From NCBI RefSeq assembly GCF_009914755.1, contig NC_060928.1: a stretch of DNA of 64,000 nt; one strand, given 5' to 3'. The notes under the pieces were generated by a model, which saw only the letters and a program-made list of their open reading frames with translations, did no database searches and had not been told where the DNA came from. This document shows positions 1 through 16,820 of this stretch, in pieces. Position 1 is the stretch's first letter, and every line of letters starts with the position of its first letter. The DNA is from the human T2T-CHM13v2.0 reference genome, Homo sapiens. The translations under genes were made by a program, and so were the position numbers.

Positions 1-889
1 AGAAGAAGGCTTCAGACGATCAAATTACTCTGAGCTATGGGAGGACATTCAAACCAAAGGCAAAGAAGTTGAAAACTTTGAAAAAAATTTAGACGAATGT
101 ATAACTAGAATAACCAATACAGAGAAGTGCTTAAAGGAGCTGATGGAGCTGAAAACCAAGGCTCAAGAACTAAGTGAAGAATGCAGAAGCCTCAGGAGCC
201 GATGCGATCAACTGGAAGAAAGGGTATCAGCAATGGAAGATGAAATGAATGAAATGAAGCGAGAAGGGAAGTTTAGAGAAAAAAGAATAAAAAGAAATGA
301 GCAAAGCCTCCAAGATATATGGGACTATGTGAAAAGACCAAATCTACGTCTGATTGGTGTACCTGAAAGTGATTGGGAGAATGGAACCAAGTTGGAAAAC
401 ACTCTGCAGGATATTATCCAGGAGAACTTCTCCAATCTAGCAAGGCAGGCCAACGTTCAGATTCAGGAAATATAGAGAACGCCAAAAAGATACTCCTCGA
501 GAAGAGCAACTCCAAGACACATAATTGTCAGATTCACCAAAGTTCAAATGAAGGAAAAAATGTTAAGGGCAGCCAGAGAGAAAGGTTGGGTTACCCTCAA
601 AGGGAAGCCCATCAGACTAACAGCGGATCTCTCGGCAGAAACCCTACAAGCCAGAAGAGAGTGGGGGCCAATATTCAACATTCTTAAAGAAAAGAATTTT
701 CAACCCAGAATTTCATATCCAGCCAAACTAAGCTTCATAAGTGAGGGAGAAATAAAATACTTTACAGACAAGCAAATGCTGAGAGATTTTGTCACCACCA
801 GGCCTGCCATACAAGAGCTCCTGAAGGAAGCACTAAACATGGAAAGGAACAACCGGTACCAGCCGCTGCAAAATCATGCCAAAATGTAA
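1..889 (+). pseudogene. L1 ORF1p (p40) remnant with premature stop
   Basis: ORF track fragments 143-475 and 548-889 are consecutive ORF1p sequence split by TAG at 473-475. Confidence 0.93.
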
Positions 890-937
890 AGACCATCGAG
901 ACTAGGAAGAAACTGCATCAACTAACAAGCAAAATAA

Positions 938-4135
<3,198 letters not shown>

Positions 4136-5590
4136 AAGAAAAAAACAAACAACCCCATCAAAAAGTGGGCAAAGAATATGAACAGACACTTCTCAAAAGA
4201 AGACATTTATGCAGCCAAAAAACACATGAAAAAATGCTCATCATCACTGGCCATCAGAGAAATGCAAATCAAAACCACAATGAGATACCATCTCACACCA
4301 GTTAGAATGGCAATCATTAAAAAGTCAGGAAACAACAGGTGCTGGAGAGGATGTGGAGAAATAGGAATGCTTTTACACTGTTGGTGGGACTGTAAACTAG
4401 TTCAACCATTGTGGAAGTCAGTGTGGCGATTCCTCAGGGATCTAGACCTGGAAATACCATTTGACCCAGCCATCCCATTACTGGGTATATACCCAAAGGA
4501 CTATAAATCATGCTGCTATAAAGACATATGCACACGTTATTGTGGCATTATTCACAATAGCAAAGACTTGGAACCAACCCAAATGTCCAACAATGATAGA
4601 CTGGATTAAGAAAATGCGGCACATATACACCATGGAATACTATGCAGCCATAAAAAATGATGAGTTCATGTCCTTTGTAGGGACATGGATGAAATTGGAA
4701 ATCATCATTCTCAGTAAACTATCGCAAGATCAAAAAAACCAAACACCGCATATTCTCACTCATAGGTGGGAATTGAACAATGAGATCACATGGACACAGG
4801 AAGGGGAATATCACACTCTGGGGACTGTTGTGGGGTGGGGGGAGGGGGGAGGGATAGCATCGGGAGATATACCTAATGCTAGATGACGAGTTAGTGGGTG
4901 CAGCGCACCAGCATGGCACATGTATACATATGTAACTAACCTGCACAATGTGCACATGTACCCTAAAACTTAAAGTATAATAAAAAAAAAAGGAGTTTAC
5001 AGAATATGGAGAGGGTGAGAATTTTGTTAAAACTAGTAAAATTTGCTACATTTTATGCAGTCAGTTTATTCAAGTGTTTGTCATTTAAGGGAATTAAATG
5101 CCAGAGGTCCAAAAAACTTCAATAATGTTCGTTCAGGAAAAATATGTTTTGAAATGTTTTATTATTCTCTGACTATGTAAGCCACTCTAGATAATTTACT
5201 CTATAAAAATATTCAAAGGAAGGCAAAAATTATGTATGTACCAAAATGCAGTTTTATTTATTTTTAGGAAAAATGCAATATATCCTTAAATGTTCAAAAA
5301 TAGTGAAAGGATTATATTAATTACAGCAAGCGTTATAAAATATCATGCATCTACCATTTAAATAAAAAATATAACTATTAATATGCTATCATATCATAGC
5401 ATATCATATCATAGCATTATACTCATTTTCAAATGCTATTAAGTGAAGAAAAAATAAAATACGTAAAAAGTATGTACACACACAAAGGTTTTCAAGAAAC
5501 AAAAATGTTGCTGTGGTATGTACTGGAAAATTTATAAGGGTTTTATATAATTTGTTCATGATATAATGTTAATGCATATTCAGGTACTAC

Positions 5591-5732
5591 CTTGAGTACT
5601 TTCAAATTCATAGTAGAAGGCAATATTCTTTAACAATTGCTCATCATACAAGTCTGAAACATGATTTAAATTCAGATTCCAGCATCCAAAAACGTTTAAG
5701 TTGCTTAAAATGAAATATTCATACCACTTGTT
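5591..5732 (-). CDS. DDX60L: DDX60L exon 9 (142 nt; NKWYEYFILSNLNVFGCWNLNLNHVSDLYDEQLLKNIAFYYEFESTQ)
   Basis: Acceptor ttttcag|AAC, donor CAAG|gtagta. In frame after exon 8. Below the ORF-track threshold; translated by hand. Confidence 0.92.
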
Positions 5733-5872
5733 CTGAAAATTAAAAATAAAACATTATTAGCAGGGAGGCATGGAATAATTTCATACTCCTGGTTAACCCC
5801 CTATAAGGTAGGTCACAAGGGACATTTCTGGGTGGAATGATAAAGTCATTACAATCACAAATATTACAGATG

Positions 5873-7437
5873 GTGATCTATAAGTCCCCAAACTAATGCT
5901 TTCATATCTTTACTTTTAAAACTGGGAATTGCACTGCTTATCCTAGTACTCATTATTTACCTTATAGTACGCTGTTCCCTTAATGTGGTACTAAAACTAT
6001 AGATGACAATACTAACACCTTTGTCATGCAGGTCCTGGGATCCCAGCCAGGCCTGCATGAGTACATTTAGACAGTTGCAAACTGGTTCCATTCCTCTCAC
6101 TTTGGGGTCAACACCTACCCCCACTACACCCCTGGTGAGCAGGAAGAAGTTAGAGCGGTCTTTGCCCTTTTTCCATCTTCTTTAGCCAAGACCTTAAGAT
6201 TAAGAGGCACATATACACCATGGAATACTATGCAGCCATAAAAAATGATGAGTTCATGTCCTTTGTAGGGACATGGATGAAATTGGAAACCATCATTCTC
6301 AGTAAACTATCGCAAGATCAAAAAACCAAACACCGCATATTCTCACTCATAGGTGGGAATTGAACAATGAGATCACATGGACACAGGAAGGGGAATATCA
6401 CACTCTGGGGACTGTGGTGGGGTCGGGGGAGGGGGGAGGGATAGCATTGGGAGATATACCTAATGCTAGATGACACGTTAGTGGGTGCAGCGCACCAGCA
6501 TGGCACATGTATACATATGTAACTAACCTGCACAATGTGCACATGTACCCTAAAACTTAGAGTATAATAAAAAAAAAAAAAATTAAAACAAAAAAAAAAT
6601 GCAAAAAAAAAAAAAAAAAAAGAAAAAAATTACTAAATGATGTGCTTGACTAAGAAAGAGGCTGAAACTGAAAAGAGTAGGCTGCAAGAAGCAATGGTGA
6701 AAAAATAAAATAATGAAAATAGAATAAAAATAAAATAAACATGTGGGTAAAAATAAAAAAAAATAAAAAAAAAGAGGTTATAAAACCCAGAAGTAGGGAT
6801 TGAAACCACCATTGCAAAATTATGACTGAAACGGTGAAAGAGATCTGACTTAACTAACTCCACCTTGCTTCTAACCTCCAAGCTGTTCTTGTTTGTTCCT
6901 GGGTGTAGGCTGAACTAACTTTGGAAGGAACTTTGTTTACAGTTTATAGTTTGAAACAAAGATGATAACAGCCCTTTCTCAAAACAAACCCCCTTCATTC
7001 CTGGGGACTCGGCGGCCCATGGAGGACTAACAAATTAGTCAAAAGATTAGAAATTATGGCTTAGGAGTCATGCAGCTGGAGGCTACAAGATTCTGACCCT
7101 CCCCAGTATTGCTCCTGGGGATAAAACCACTATTGTAAAACCTAAGCCAGTACTTGAGATATTTTGCAGACCTTGCACGTGATGGATCAGCTGACATCAG
7201 CCAGCTCTATAAACTGGCTCATCTGATCTTGTGGTCCCCATCCAGGAACTGACTCAGTGCAAGAAGACAGCTTCAACGCCCTATGATTTCATCTCTGACC
7301 TGACCAATCAGCATTCTTGGCTCACTGGCTTCCCCCTACCCACCAAGTTGTCCTTAAAAACTCTGATCTCCAAATGCTCAGGGGAGACTGAATTGAATAA
7401 TAATAAAACTCTGGTCTCCCTCAAAAAAAAAAAAAAA
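5873..7437 (+). mobile_element. 5'-truncated processed retrocopy of an ERV1 (LTR8/HUERS-P1-like) transcript: internal 3' end, U3-R of LTR8, poly(A)
   Basis: LTR8-type start TGAAACCACCATTGCAAAATTATGACTG at 6801 after a purine tract. AATAAA at 7402, A-tail 7423-7437, TSD at 5859-5872 and 7435-7448. Confidence 0.8.
6208..6771 (+). mobile_element. 5'-truncated L1HS pre-Ta with 3' transduction, nested in the ERV retrocopy
   Basis: ACG at 6475-6477 and G at 6560 (AAAACTTAGAG). First A-tail, unique segment 6630-6748, second A-tail. TSD AAGAGG at 6202-6207 and 6772-6777. Confidence 0.88.
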
Positions 7438-7583
7438 GATTACAGATGAACTAAGACCAACTCCAAGGAAAGAGTTGCCTCCACTACCTTTATTTTATAC
7501 CCATCCACTCACTATTGTTGAATATTCCATAGATTTTGTACCCCATCACTCTACCAAAACAGCTCTTAATAATAATTAGCCTT

Positions 7584-9120
<1,537 letters not shown>

Positions 9121-9400
9121 ACCAGCTGCCTGACAGACTGGTTTTAAAATGTCTATGATAACAATTTGACAGTATCTATCAAGATCCTCAACTTTTCCAT
9201 ACCTTTTTGGCTTATCATCTCTTTTCCCATTTCAGAAAATCTATTCAAGGTAATTCATTACAAATTATCCCTCAAGGCCAGTAGCATTTATGATACAAAA
9301 GCTTCAAATGATCCTAATGTCCCTTTATAGAGGTATCATTAAGTAAACTACAATACAATCACTCAAACGTATTTAGTAGCCATAAAAATTATGCTAACCA

Positions 9401-9525
9401 GCTTGAGTGAATGGGTACCCCATTCTCCATGATGTGATTATTAGGCATTGCATGCCTGTATCAAAACATCTAATGCACTCAATAAATATGTACAACTACT
9501 ATGTACTCACAAAAATTAAAAATTT
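9401..9525 (+). mobile_element. Short L1MA-type 3' end fragment with perfect 18-bp TSD
   Basis: catgatgtgattatt...gcatgcctgtatcaaaacatc L1MA 3'UTR motif. taaaaattatgctaacca at 9383-9400 and 9526-9543. Confidence 0.8.
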
Positions 9526-10072
9526 TAAAAATTATGCTAACCAAAAGTGAAAATGCTTTTACAATAAAATAATATGTAGCATATATCGTATGATTGCAAC
9601 CATAACAAAAACTAGGCCCTAAAATAAAAAATGAAAGAAATTAAACCAAAATATTAACCGTTAACAGTATTAATTTGAACAGTGGGTTAGGAGTACATAT
9701 TATTATTTTTTCTTCAATTTTTAACTTTCCTTTAATACACTTTTATTAAAAACAGAAAAAATAAATTCATAAACACTTTTCCTGAGTTTCTCTACAAAGA
9801 GAATACAATGTCAATCAATTTTCTATGATTGATTATACAAAAACAAGATCTCATCAGAGATAAGAAGGAAAAAGAGGAGGCTCTCATGCTTCTATAAAAC
9901 AGATATACTGTGGTTTTCCTCATTACACTACCAAAAATAAAAGTTGTTGAAAATAGGAACTTGATTTATCAGCTAATTAGATCTGGCATTATTCCAATAT
10001 AACTCTAGTTTTAAAGGTGATCATGGTTTTCATCTCTCATGTTCAGACAAAAAATAAACAAAATATGTTTAC

Positions 10073-10231
10073 CATTTTTAAGAAAGAATCACTGTTCCTA
10101 ATCCAAGAGCATGTGATGACTCGAGAACAAGCTCTCTGAGAAAGGGGTAAGTGGAGTTGAAAAGCCACACAGAGGCAACGCAGTCTGCAGAAATCTTCCA
10201 CCTCCTGCAGGGATAGGCAATTACTGTGCAC
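10073..10231 (-). CDS. DDX60L: DDX60L exon 8 (159 nt; VHSNCLSLQEVEDFCRL...DSFLKM)
   Basis: Acceptor acgcag|GTG, donor ATG|gtaaac. Matches ORF 10043..10231. Confidence 0.93.
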
Positions 10232-12224
10232 CTGCGTACAATAAAGAAGATGAGAACAGTCACAATGTCACGCTGTGAAATGGCGTTGAAATAGGCACTC
10301 CACGAAGATCATATCTTCAAAGTTTTACATCTACATTTGTGAGAAAGTCCCCTTCTGCATACACAAACTTGGCTGCACTGATACAGAAGTAGGTAAGAGG
10401 GAGGGAAAGCTCCAGGCTTAGTAGTTCACATAATGCATTTCTTATGATTTTCAGTGAAGCTGGACTTTAAATGAGTTGGCAGCAAAGGAAGTCCCTGACC
10501 CAGAGGTCTGAGGATTGACAGAGCCCCATGTAAAATGCTCTGTCATTTCAGAGAATGAAGAGTAATATCTACAAACCCATGGCAGGTTCAGGGTGAGAAA
10601 TCCCGGATGGCAATCTATCTGTAAAACGTATTGAATGAGAAATCGGGGAAGGAAATGGTCAAGTTTCACCTCCTGTGGCAGAGACTTCAGAACTATTTTC
10701 TAATATATAAAAGGTTGTCATATGGAAGGTTAAAAAAACCTTAATCTGGGTATCTTCATAGAGCAAAATTAGGGATAACTGAAATTACAAGGAGATTGAT
10801 TTGGGTTCAATATGTTCATTTTTTTAAATTAGAACCACCAAAAACATCGTGCATGGTCATTTGAAAATATTTTTCCAAAAACAATTAGGCAAATAGAGTA
10901 AAGGAGATTCAAATGAGACAGTGATCCCTAGCCATCTCTAAATCATGTAAGAAAGAAGCAAATTAAATTAATCAATATGAACTTTTGTGAGAAATCAGCT
11001 TTTATACCCAGAACCCTATGATCGGTGCTATTCACACTCCCACCCACGGCACATCTTCAGCATAACATAAAAGTGAATATATTAAGGTAATTATCATTTT
11101 TAAGCATGCTCTTAAAATTCTGACAATCATGCTGAAATAAAGTTTCTAAGTTCTTCATTTTTTACTGTTTATCTTCAAAATTTAAGTATTCAAATTCACA
11201 ATTTTAGAGAAATCTACATAGCTAAGATCTACTGTACTACATACTAAATTAAAATATTGGAGTGCTCTGTCTCCTACATTAAAAAGACTATTGCACAGTA
11301 ATTCAGGATCTGGGCTCTGAAAACCGTCTAACTCCAGTCAAGACACTGTATGAGTCAGTTCTCCTATATGTATAAAATTGGGATAGTAACAGTACACTTT
11401 CTCATAGGGTTTCTGGAAAAACGTGAAATATCTAGAATATCACCAATACACAGTAAGCCCTAAATGTTACCTATTATTAGCTAGTCTTCATAACATCCCA
11501 GCTCTGTAGGTTGAAAGCAGCTATTAGCACACATTAGACAATCAATATCCTTAGCTAAGGGAATTAATAAATGTGTTATCAGTCAAGAGAAAGTCAAAGA
11601 TGGGAAATTCAAACTAAGGAAAGAATCAAGAAGGAAGAAGCATAAAATGCTCACTGCTCTCTCCATTCTCCATTCTCCATGGTGCTCCCGAAGAGTAAAC
11701 AGCTTCCTTTTTTTTTTTTTTTTTTTTTTTTAGCAGCTAGAAGAATGTTGTTGTCATTTGTTGGGATGGAGAAGAGTGAGGCAGAAGCAGGTTTGGGGAG
11801 TTTGGTTCCAGAAATCCTAAATTTGAGATGTCTATTACAAATCCAAGTGAAAATGTTGAGTTGGTGGTTCAGACTAGAGGTCTGAAATTCCTCTAGTTAT
11901 TTCAAAGGGACATTAAAATTGCCTTCCAAGATATGTATGATCAGTGGGGGTAGATATCATGTCTATTTCTTCTCTCTCTCCAAATATATTTATTTTTGGC
12001 ATATATATTACCATGCACAAAGTAAATATTTTATGAAAACATGCTGATAGATTTAAGAAATGGACAATTTTCTCCTATAGAATACTAACTTCTTGAGCCC
12101 TGTACAGTCACATTATTTCTTTCTTTTTCTTTTTCTTTTTTTTTCTATTTCTTTTATTGCTGTTTGTTTTAAGAACAGAGTTTTCAGCCTGAAACACACC
12201 AATATCTAGACTGCATACAAACTT

Positions 12225-12225
<1 letters not shown>

Positions 12226-12250
<25 letters not shown>
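12226..12250. repeat. (TG)n microsatellite
   Basis: Direct reading. Confidence 0.95.
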
Positions 12251-12255
<5 letters not shown>

Positions 12256-12988
12256 ATGCAAGCAGGGATGCATATAGTAGAGCGGAAAATCCATGTTCCT
12301 CAAAAGATTCCTAAAGGGCCCTATAAGCTGAAAACAATTATAAAAATTCAGGATCTCTATAGTCTCAGTGACACTAATAAACAATAACAGAACTGTTCTT
12401 TTAAATACACAACTTAACAGAGCAGAATCATTACAAGCTGTGGAGCCAACCATCCTAGTCAAAATCCAGGCTGCCTTTTACCATGTGATTTTAGGTAGGT
12501 TAGGGAAGTCTTGGTCTCAAAGTCTTGAATCGACAGGAGAGAGTGATAATTGCTATACTGAAAAGTTGTAAGATTACATGGTGTCAGGTAACACAAAGAC
12601 CCTGAAACACAGCGTATAGTGGGGCCCCTCCTCCAATTTGTTTCTTTTCCTCTTCCTCCTCACTTTCTCTGTTTTTTAGAAGAACTGGGCCAAATAACTA
12701 CTAAGTGAAACACCAGATAAAACTTGCTGTACATTGTATTTTAAGAAAAACACTAAATTATGTAACATAATATTTTCTTATGTATACAGATTCTAATTTT
12801 TCTCCCCTTTTTGGTATTTAATACACATAAATTGGTGGGGGAAGGGGCTAAATTCCTAATGAAGAAAATGGCGGTCAGAAACCAAGAGTATGTCCACAGT
12901 GGAGAACCTGATGCCACCAGTGAAGTTATACCAGTTACACCTGATGAATGACAGCTTTCTGCCTGGCGGCTGTGTTCTTTTTACTTAC

Positions 12989-13102
12989 TAAGACACGATG
13001 GTACATTCTCAAGGATAGTGAACATGAAGTGACACAGAGAACACGCTGGATGTCCGATCCTTCTGACCATAGGTGCTGAAGCAGAAATAGAGTCTGATAC
13101 GC
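12989..13102 (-). CDS. DDX60L: DDX60L exon 7 (114 nt; AYQTLFLLQHLWSEGSDIQRVLCVTSCSLSLRMYHRVL)
   Basis: Acceptor tttgatag|GCG, donor TTA|gtaagt. Phase 0 on both sides. Confidence 0.9.
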
Positions 13103-13877
13103 CTATCAAAAAAGAAATTTCTTCAAATGTCAAATTATTTAGAAATATTCTTTTACTCAGAAGTGCTCTTACTTGTAAGAAACATAAAGAAAACGATTGT
13201 ATAGATTTGACTAAACGGAACTTCAAATGTTTAGTTTAAAAATGTATGATCATTTTAATGATAGAAAATTGAAAAATAATTACAACCAATATGCCAGAGA
13301 AATATGAAAACCTAAATATGTAAAGAAATTAAATAATAAGAAATTAAGATTTAGTAAAACATGAACTGATTCACAAAGAAGGAAATAGATTATTAATAAA
13401 AATAAAATCATCCCATTTTACTAAAAATCAGAGAAGTATATGTTAAAACAAAAATTAGCTTGTTATAAATATCAATAATATCAAAAATTTTAAAATAATA
13501 TCACACAACATTGAAAATTGTGTGGTGAGTCACCTCTCTTACAGATTAAAGATAAAAGTACAGGTAGTTATAGAATTTCTGCAAAGCTCTTTGACAACGT
13601 CCATCAGGATCATTAAATATGTTGATGCCTTATGATCCAGTTTTGAATTTCTGGGAATTTAGCACAGAGGAATAATAACCCAATATGTATACAAAAAACA
13701 TATACATCAAAATGTTCATTATAACATTATTTATATGAGCCAAAATTTTGAAGTAATTTAAGTGTCTAGCATTAAGAAAATATAATGCACTCATTAGATA
13801 CTACATTTATGAAAAATTCTTAATGACAAGAAAATATGCAATAGTCTTAATGAAATGTACACTAAAAATATATATAC

Positions 13878-14190
13878 AGTCTGGGCATGGTGGCTCACAG
13901 CTATAATCCCAAGACTTTGGGAGGCCAAGGTAGGAGGATCACTTGAGCCCAGGAGTTCAAGACAGCCTGGGTAACAAAGTGAGACACCATCTCTATATAA
14001 AATAAAAATTAAAAATTAGGCAGGCATGGTGGCATATGCCTGTGGGTCCAGCTACTCAGGAGGCTGAGGTGGGAGGATCACCTGAGCCTGGGAGGTCAAG
14101 GCTGCAGTGATCCATGATTGTGTCACTGCACTCCAGAATGGGCAACAGAGTGAGGCCTTGTCTGAAAAAAAAACAAAACAAAACACCAAA
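13878..14190 (+). mobile_element. AluJ, followed by (CA)n at ~14214-14256
   Basis: Dimeric Alu, J diagnostics, A-rich tail. Confidence 0.9.
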
Positions 14191-14204
14191 AACATATATA
14201 TAAA

Positions 14205-14237
<33 letters not shown>

Positions 14238-14836
14238 TACACACACACACACACACAATATGTCCTCAGCTACACAAAAATATATGTTAAAACGCTAATA
14301 TCAAGAAGTGGAATTATGGATATTCTTACTACTTTTGTGTTTTTTTCCAAACTTTCTTATGCAACCACCTTTTACCGCTTGAGCATCAGAAAAAAAAAAA
14401 AAGAAAGAGGTTCTTAGTAATCCATCATGATAAATAGTAGTATAAAGCATAGCTTGAGAAGATAATCAGAAAATTAGACTTAAGGTATAATTAATTCCAC
14501 ATTTTGACCGTTTATATGGCAAATGATATCTTAGAGCCCTCCTCAATTTGAATACTGGAAAATAAACATTACTGTTGCATTAAGTACTACAATTTTCTAG
14601 TTTCCCAGAGTCTGTTTTAAAATATGGCTTCCGGAAATGCATATAAAATTACATATGCCATCCGATGAATTCAAGGTACTCTGAGAGCATGACATTCTAA
14701 GATTCAGATAGTATACATGTACTAAGGAGGTATATGGCACCCTTTAGTCTGGTCTAAGGACTGAACTAATCACAAGTTCATTCTCATTTACCAAATTCTA
14801 TCAAACTTTTATTTAAAGAAATAAAAATTTTAATAC

Positions 14837-14953
14837 CTCTTCCATCATATCATTCCATTTCAAATGTTCAAAATGAGTTGCTAATACTAAAACCCTTATT
14901 TCTTCCAAGTGTTGTATGAGGCTTTTATATGCACTCTGAATCACTGTTTCATT
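14837..14953 (-). CDS. DDX60L: DDX60L exon 6 (117 nt; NETVIQSAYKSLIQHLEEIRVLVLATHFEHLKWNDMMEE)
   Basis: Acceptor ttttacag|AAT, donor GAG|gtatta. Inside ORF 14813..15031. Confidence 0.93.
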
Positions 14954-15028
14954 CTGTAAAAGGGAGAAAACCATATAAAATATCTTAAATAAAGTATTTC
15001 CCAGCTGTAAAATATGAGACACTTGAGG

Positions 15029-15765
15029 CAAATCAAAACCACAATGAGATATTATCTCATGCTGGTCAGAATGGCGATTACTAAAAAGTCAAGAAACAAC
15101 ATATGCTGGCGAGTTTGTAGAGAAATACGAATGCTTATACACTGTTGGTGGGGATGAAATTAGTTCAACCATTATGGAAGACAGTGTGGCAATTCCTCAA
15201 AGACTTAGAACCAGAAATACCATTTGACCCAGCAATCCTATTACTGGGTATATACCCAAAGGAATATAAATCATTCTATTATAAAGATACATGCATAAGT
15301 ATGTTCACTGCAGCACTACTCACAATAGCAAAGACATGAAATCAACCCAAATGCCCATCAATCATAGATTGGATAAAGAAAATGTGGTACATATATTCCA
15401 TGGAATACTATGCAGCTGTAAAAAGGAACAACATCATGTCCTTCACAGGGACATGGATGGAGCTCGAAGCCATTATCCTCAGCAAACTAACGCAGGACCA
15501 GACAACCAAACACCACATGTTCTCACTTATAAGTGGGAGCTGAACAATGAGAACACATGGACACAGGGAAAGGAACAACACACACTAGGGCCTGTTGGGG
15601 GAACGGGGGAGGGAGAGCATCAGGATAAATAACTAATGCGTGCAGGGTTTAATACCTAGGTGATGGGTTGATAGGTGCAGCAAACCACCATGGCACACAT
15701 TTACCTATGTAACAAACCTGCATGTTCTGCGCATGTATCCCAGAATTTAAAATAAAGTTAAATTA
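15029..15765 (+). mobile_element. 5'-truncated older primate L1 (L1PA/L1PB) 3' end
   Basis: ORF2 C-terminal and 3'UTR sequence. Flanking gagaca(c/t)ttga repeats. Confidence 0.85.
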
Positions 15766-16148
15766 ATTTTTTTAGTGAGACATTTGAATTCTACATTTGT
15801 TATAAGGTATACTAAGTAAAATCACCCTCATATGTCTTTAGGACAATTTTTCTTAAGCTCTGATAAACATGCATATTTCCTCTTTGACAAATTAATTTTT
15901 ATTTCAGAATATAATGAACTGTCTTGGTATTATGGAGCTTTCAAAAATATAGAAACTTAGAGAAGGTAGTATGGACCCCCAATCCTGAACAATTATCAAC
16001 ATATAATACATCTATAATATTTATTGAGACTAATTTAAACAGTCCAAAGGGGGTGAGAAAAATAACTTCTTTTAGGGAAATACTTATAGATAATGAATTA
16101 GAAAATAATTTTACAGAAAATAAAATCATCAATTTAAGAAGAAAAGAA

Positions 16149-16283
16149 GGCCAGGCATGATGGCTCATGCCTGTAATCTCAGCACTTTGGGAGGCTGAGG
16201 CAGGAATATCACTTGAGCCCAGGAGTTTGAAACCAGCCTGGGCAACATAGCGAGACCCTATATAAATAAATAAATAAATAAAT
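16149..16283 (+). mobile_element. Alu monomer (FLAM-like) with (TAAA)n tail
   Basis: Single left arm followed by the tail. Confidence 0.85.
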
Positions 16284-16414
16284 ATGGTTATTCTTAAAGA
16301 GAGACCAATCAAGACCCTAGTATTGCATTTTTAAGTCAGAGTCTGGTATTTTTCAGGCAAAATAGAGACTTACTGGTAACAGTACCTCTTCTCAATATGA
16401 AAATAAAGTCTAGA

Positions 16415-16697
16415 GGCCAGGCACAGTGGCTCACGCCTGCAATCCCAGCACTTTAGGAGGCCAAGGTGGGTGGATCACCTGAGGTCAGGAGTTCAAGACC
16501 AGCCTGGGCAACATGGTGAAACCCTATCTCTACTAAGAATACAAAAATTAGCCTGGCGTGGTGGCAGGCACCTGTAATCCCAGCAACTTGGGAGGCCAAG
16601 GCAGGCAAGAGAATTGCTTGAACCAAGGAGGCGGAGGTTGCAGTGAGCCAAGATCATGCCACTGCACTCCAGCCTAGGCAATATATCAAGACACCAA
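16415..16697 (+). mobile_element. AluS
   Basis: ggatcacctgaggtcaggagttc S-type; full dimer. Confidence 0.9.
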
Positions 16698-16820
16698 AGG
16701 GAGGGAAGGAAGGAAGGAGGGAAGGAAGGAAGGAAGGAAGGAAGGAAGGAAGGAAGGAAGGAAGGAAGGAAGGAAGGAAGGAAGGAGGGAAGGGAGGGAG
16801 GGAAGGAGGGAAGGAAAGAG
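16698..16820. repeat. (GGAA)n microsatellite in the Alu tail; 16 perfect units at 16720-16783
   Basis: Direct reading. Confidence 0.95.
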
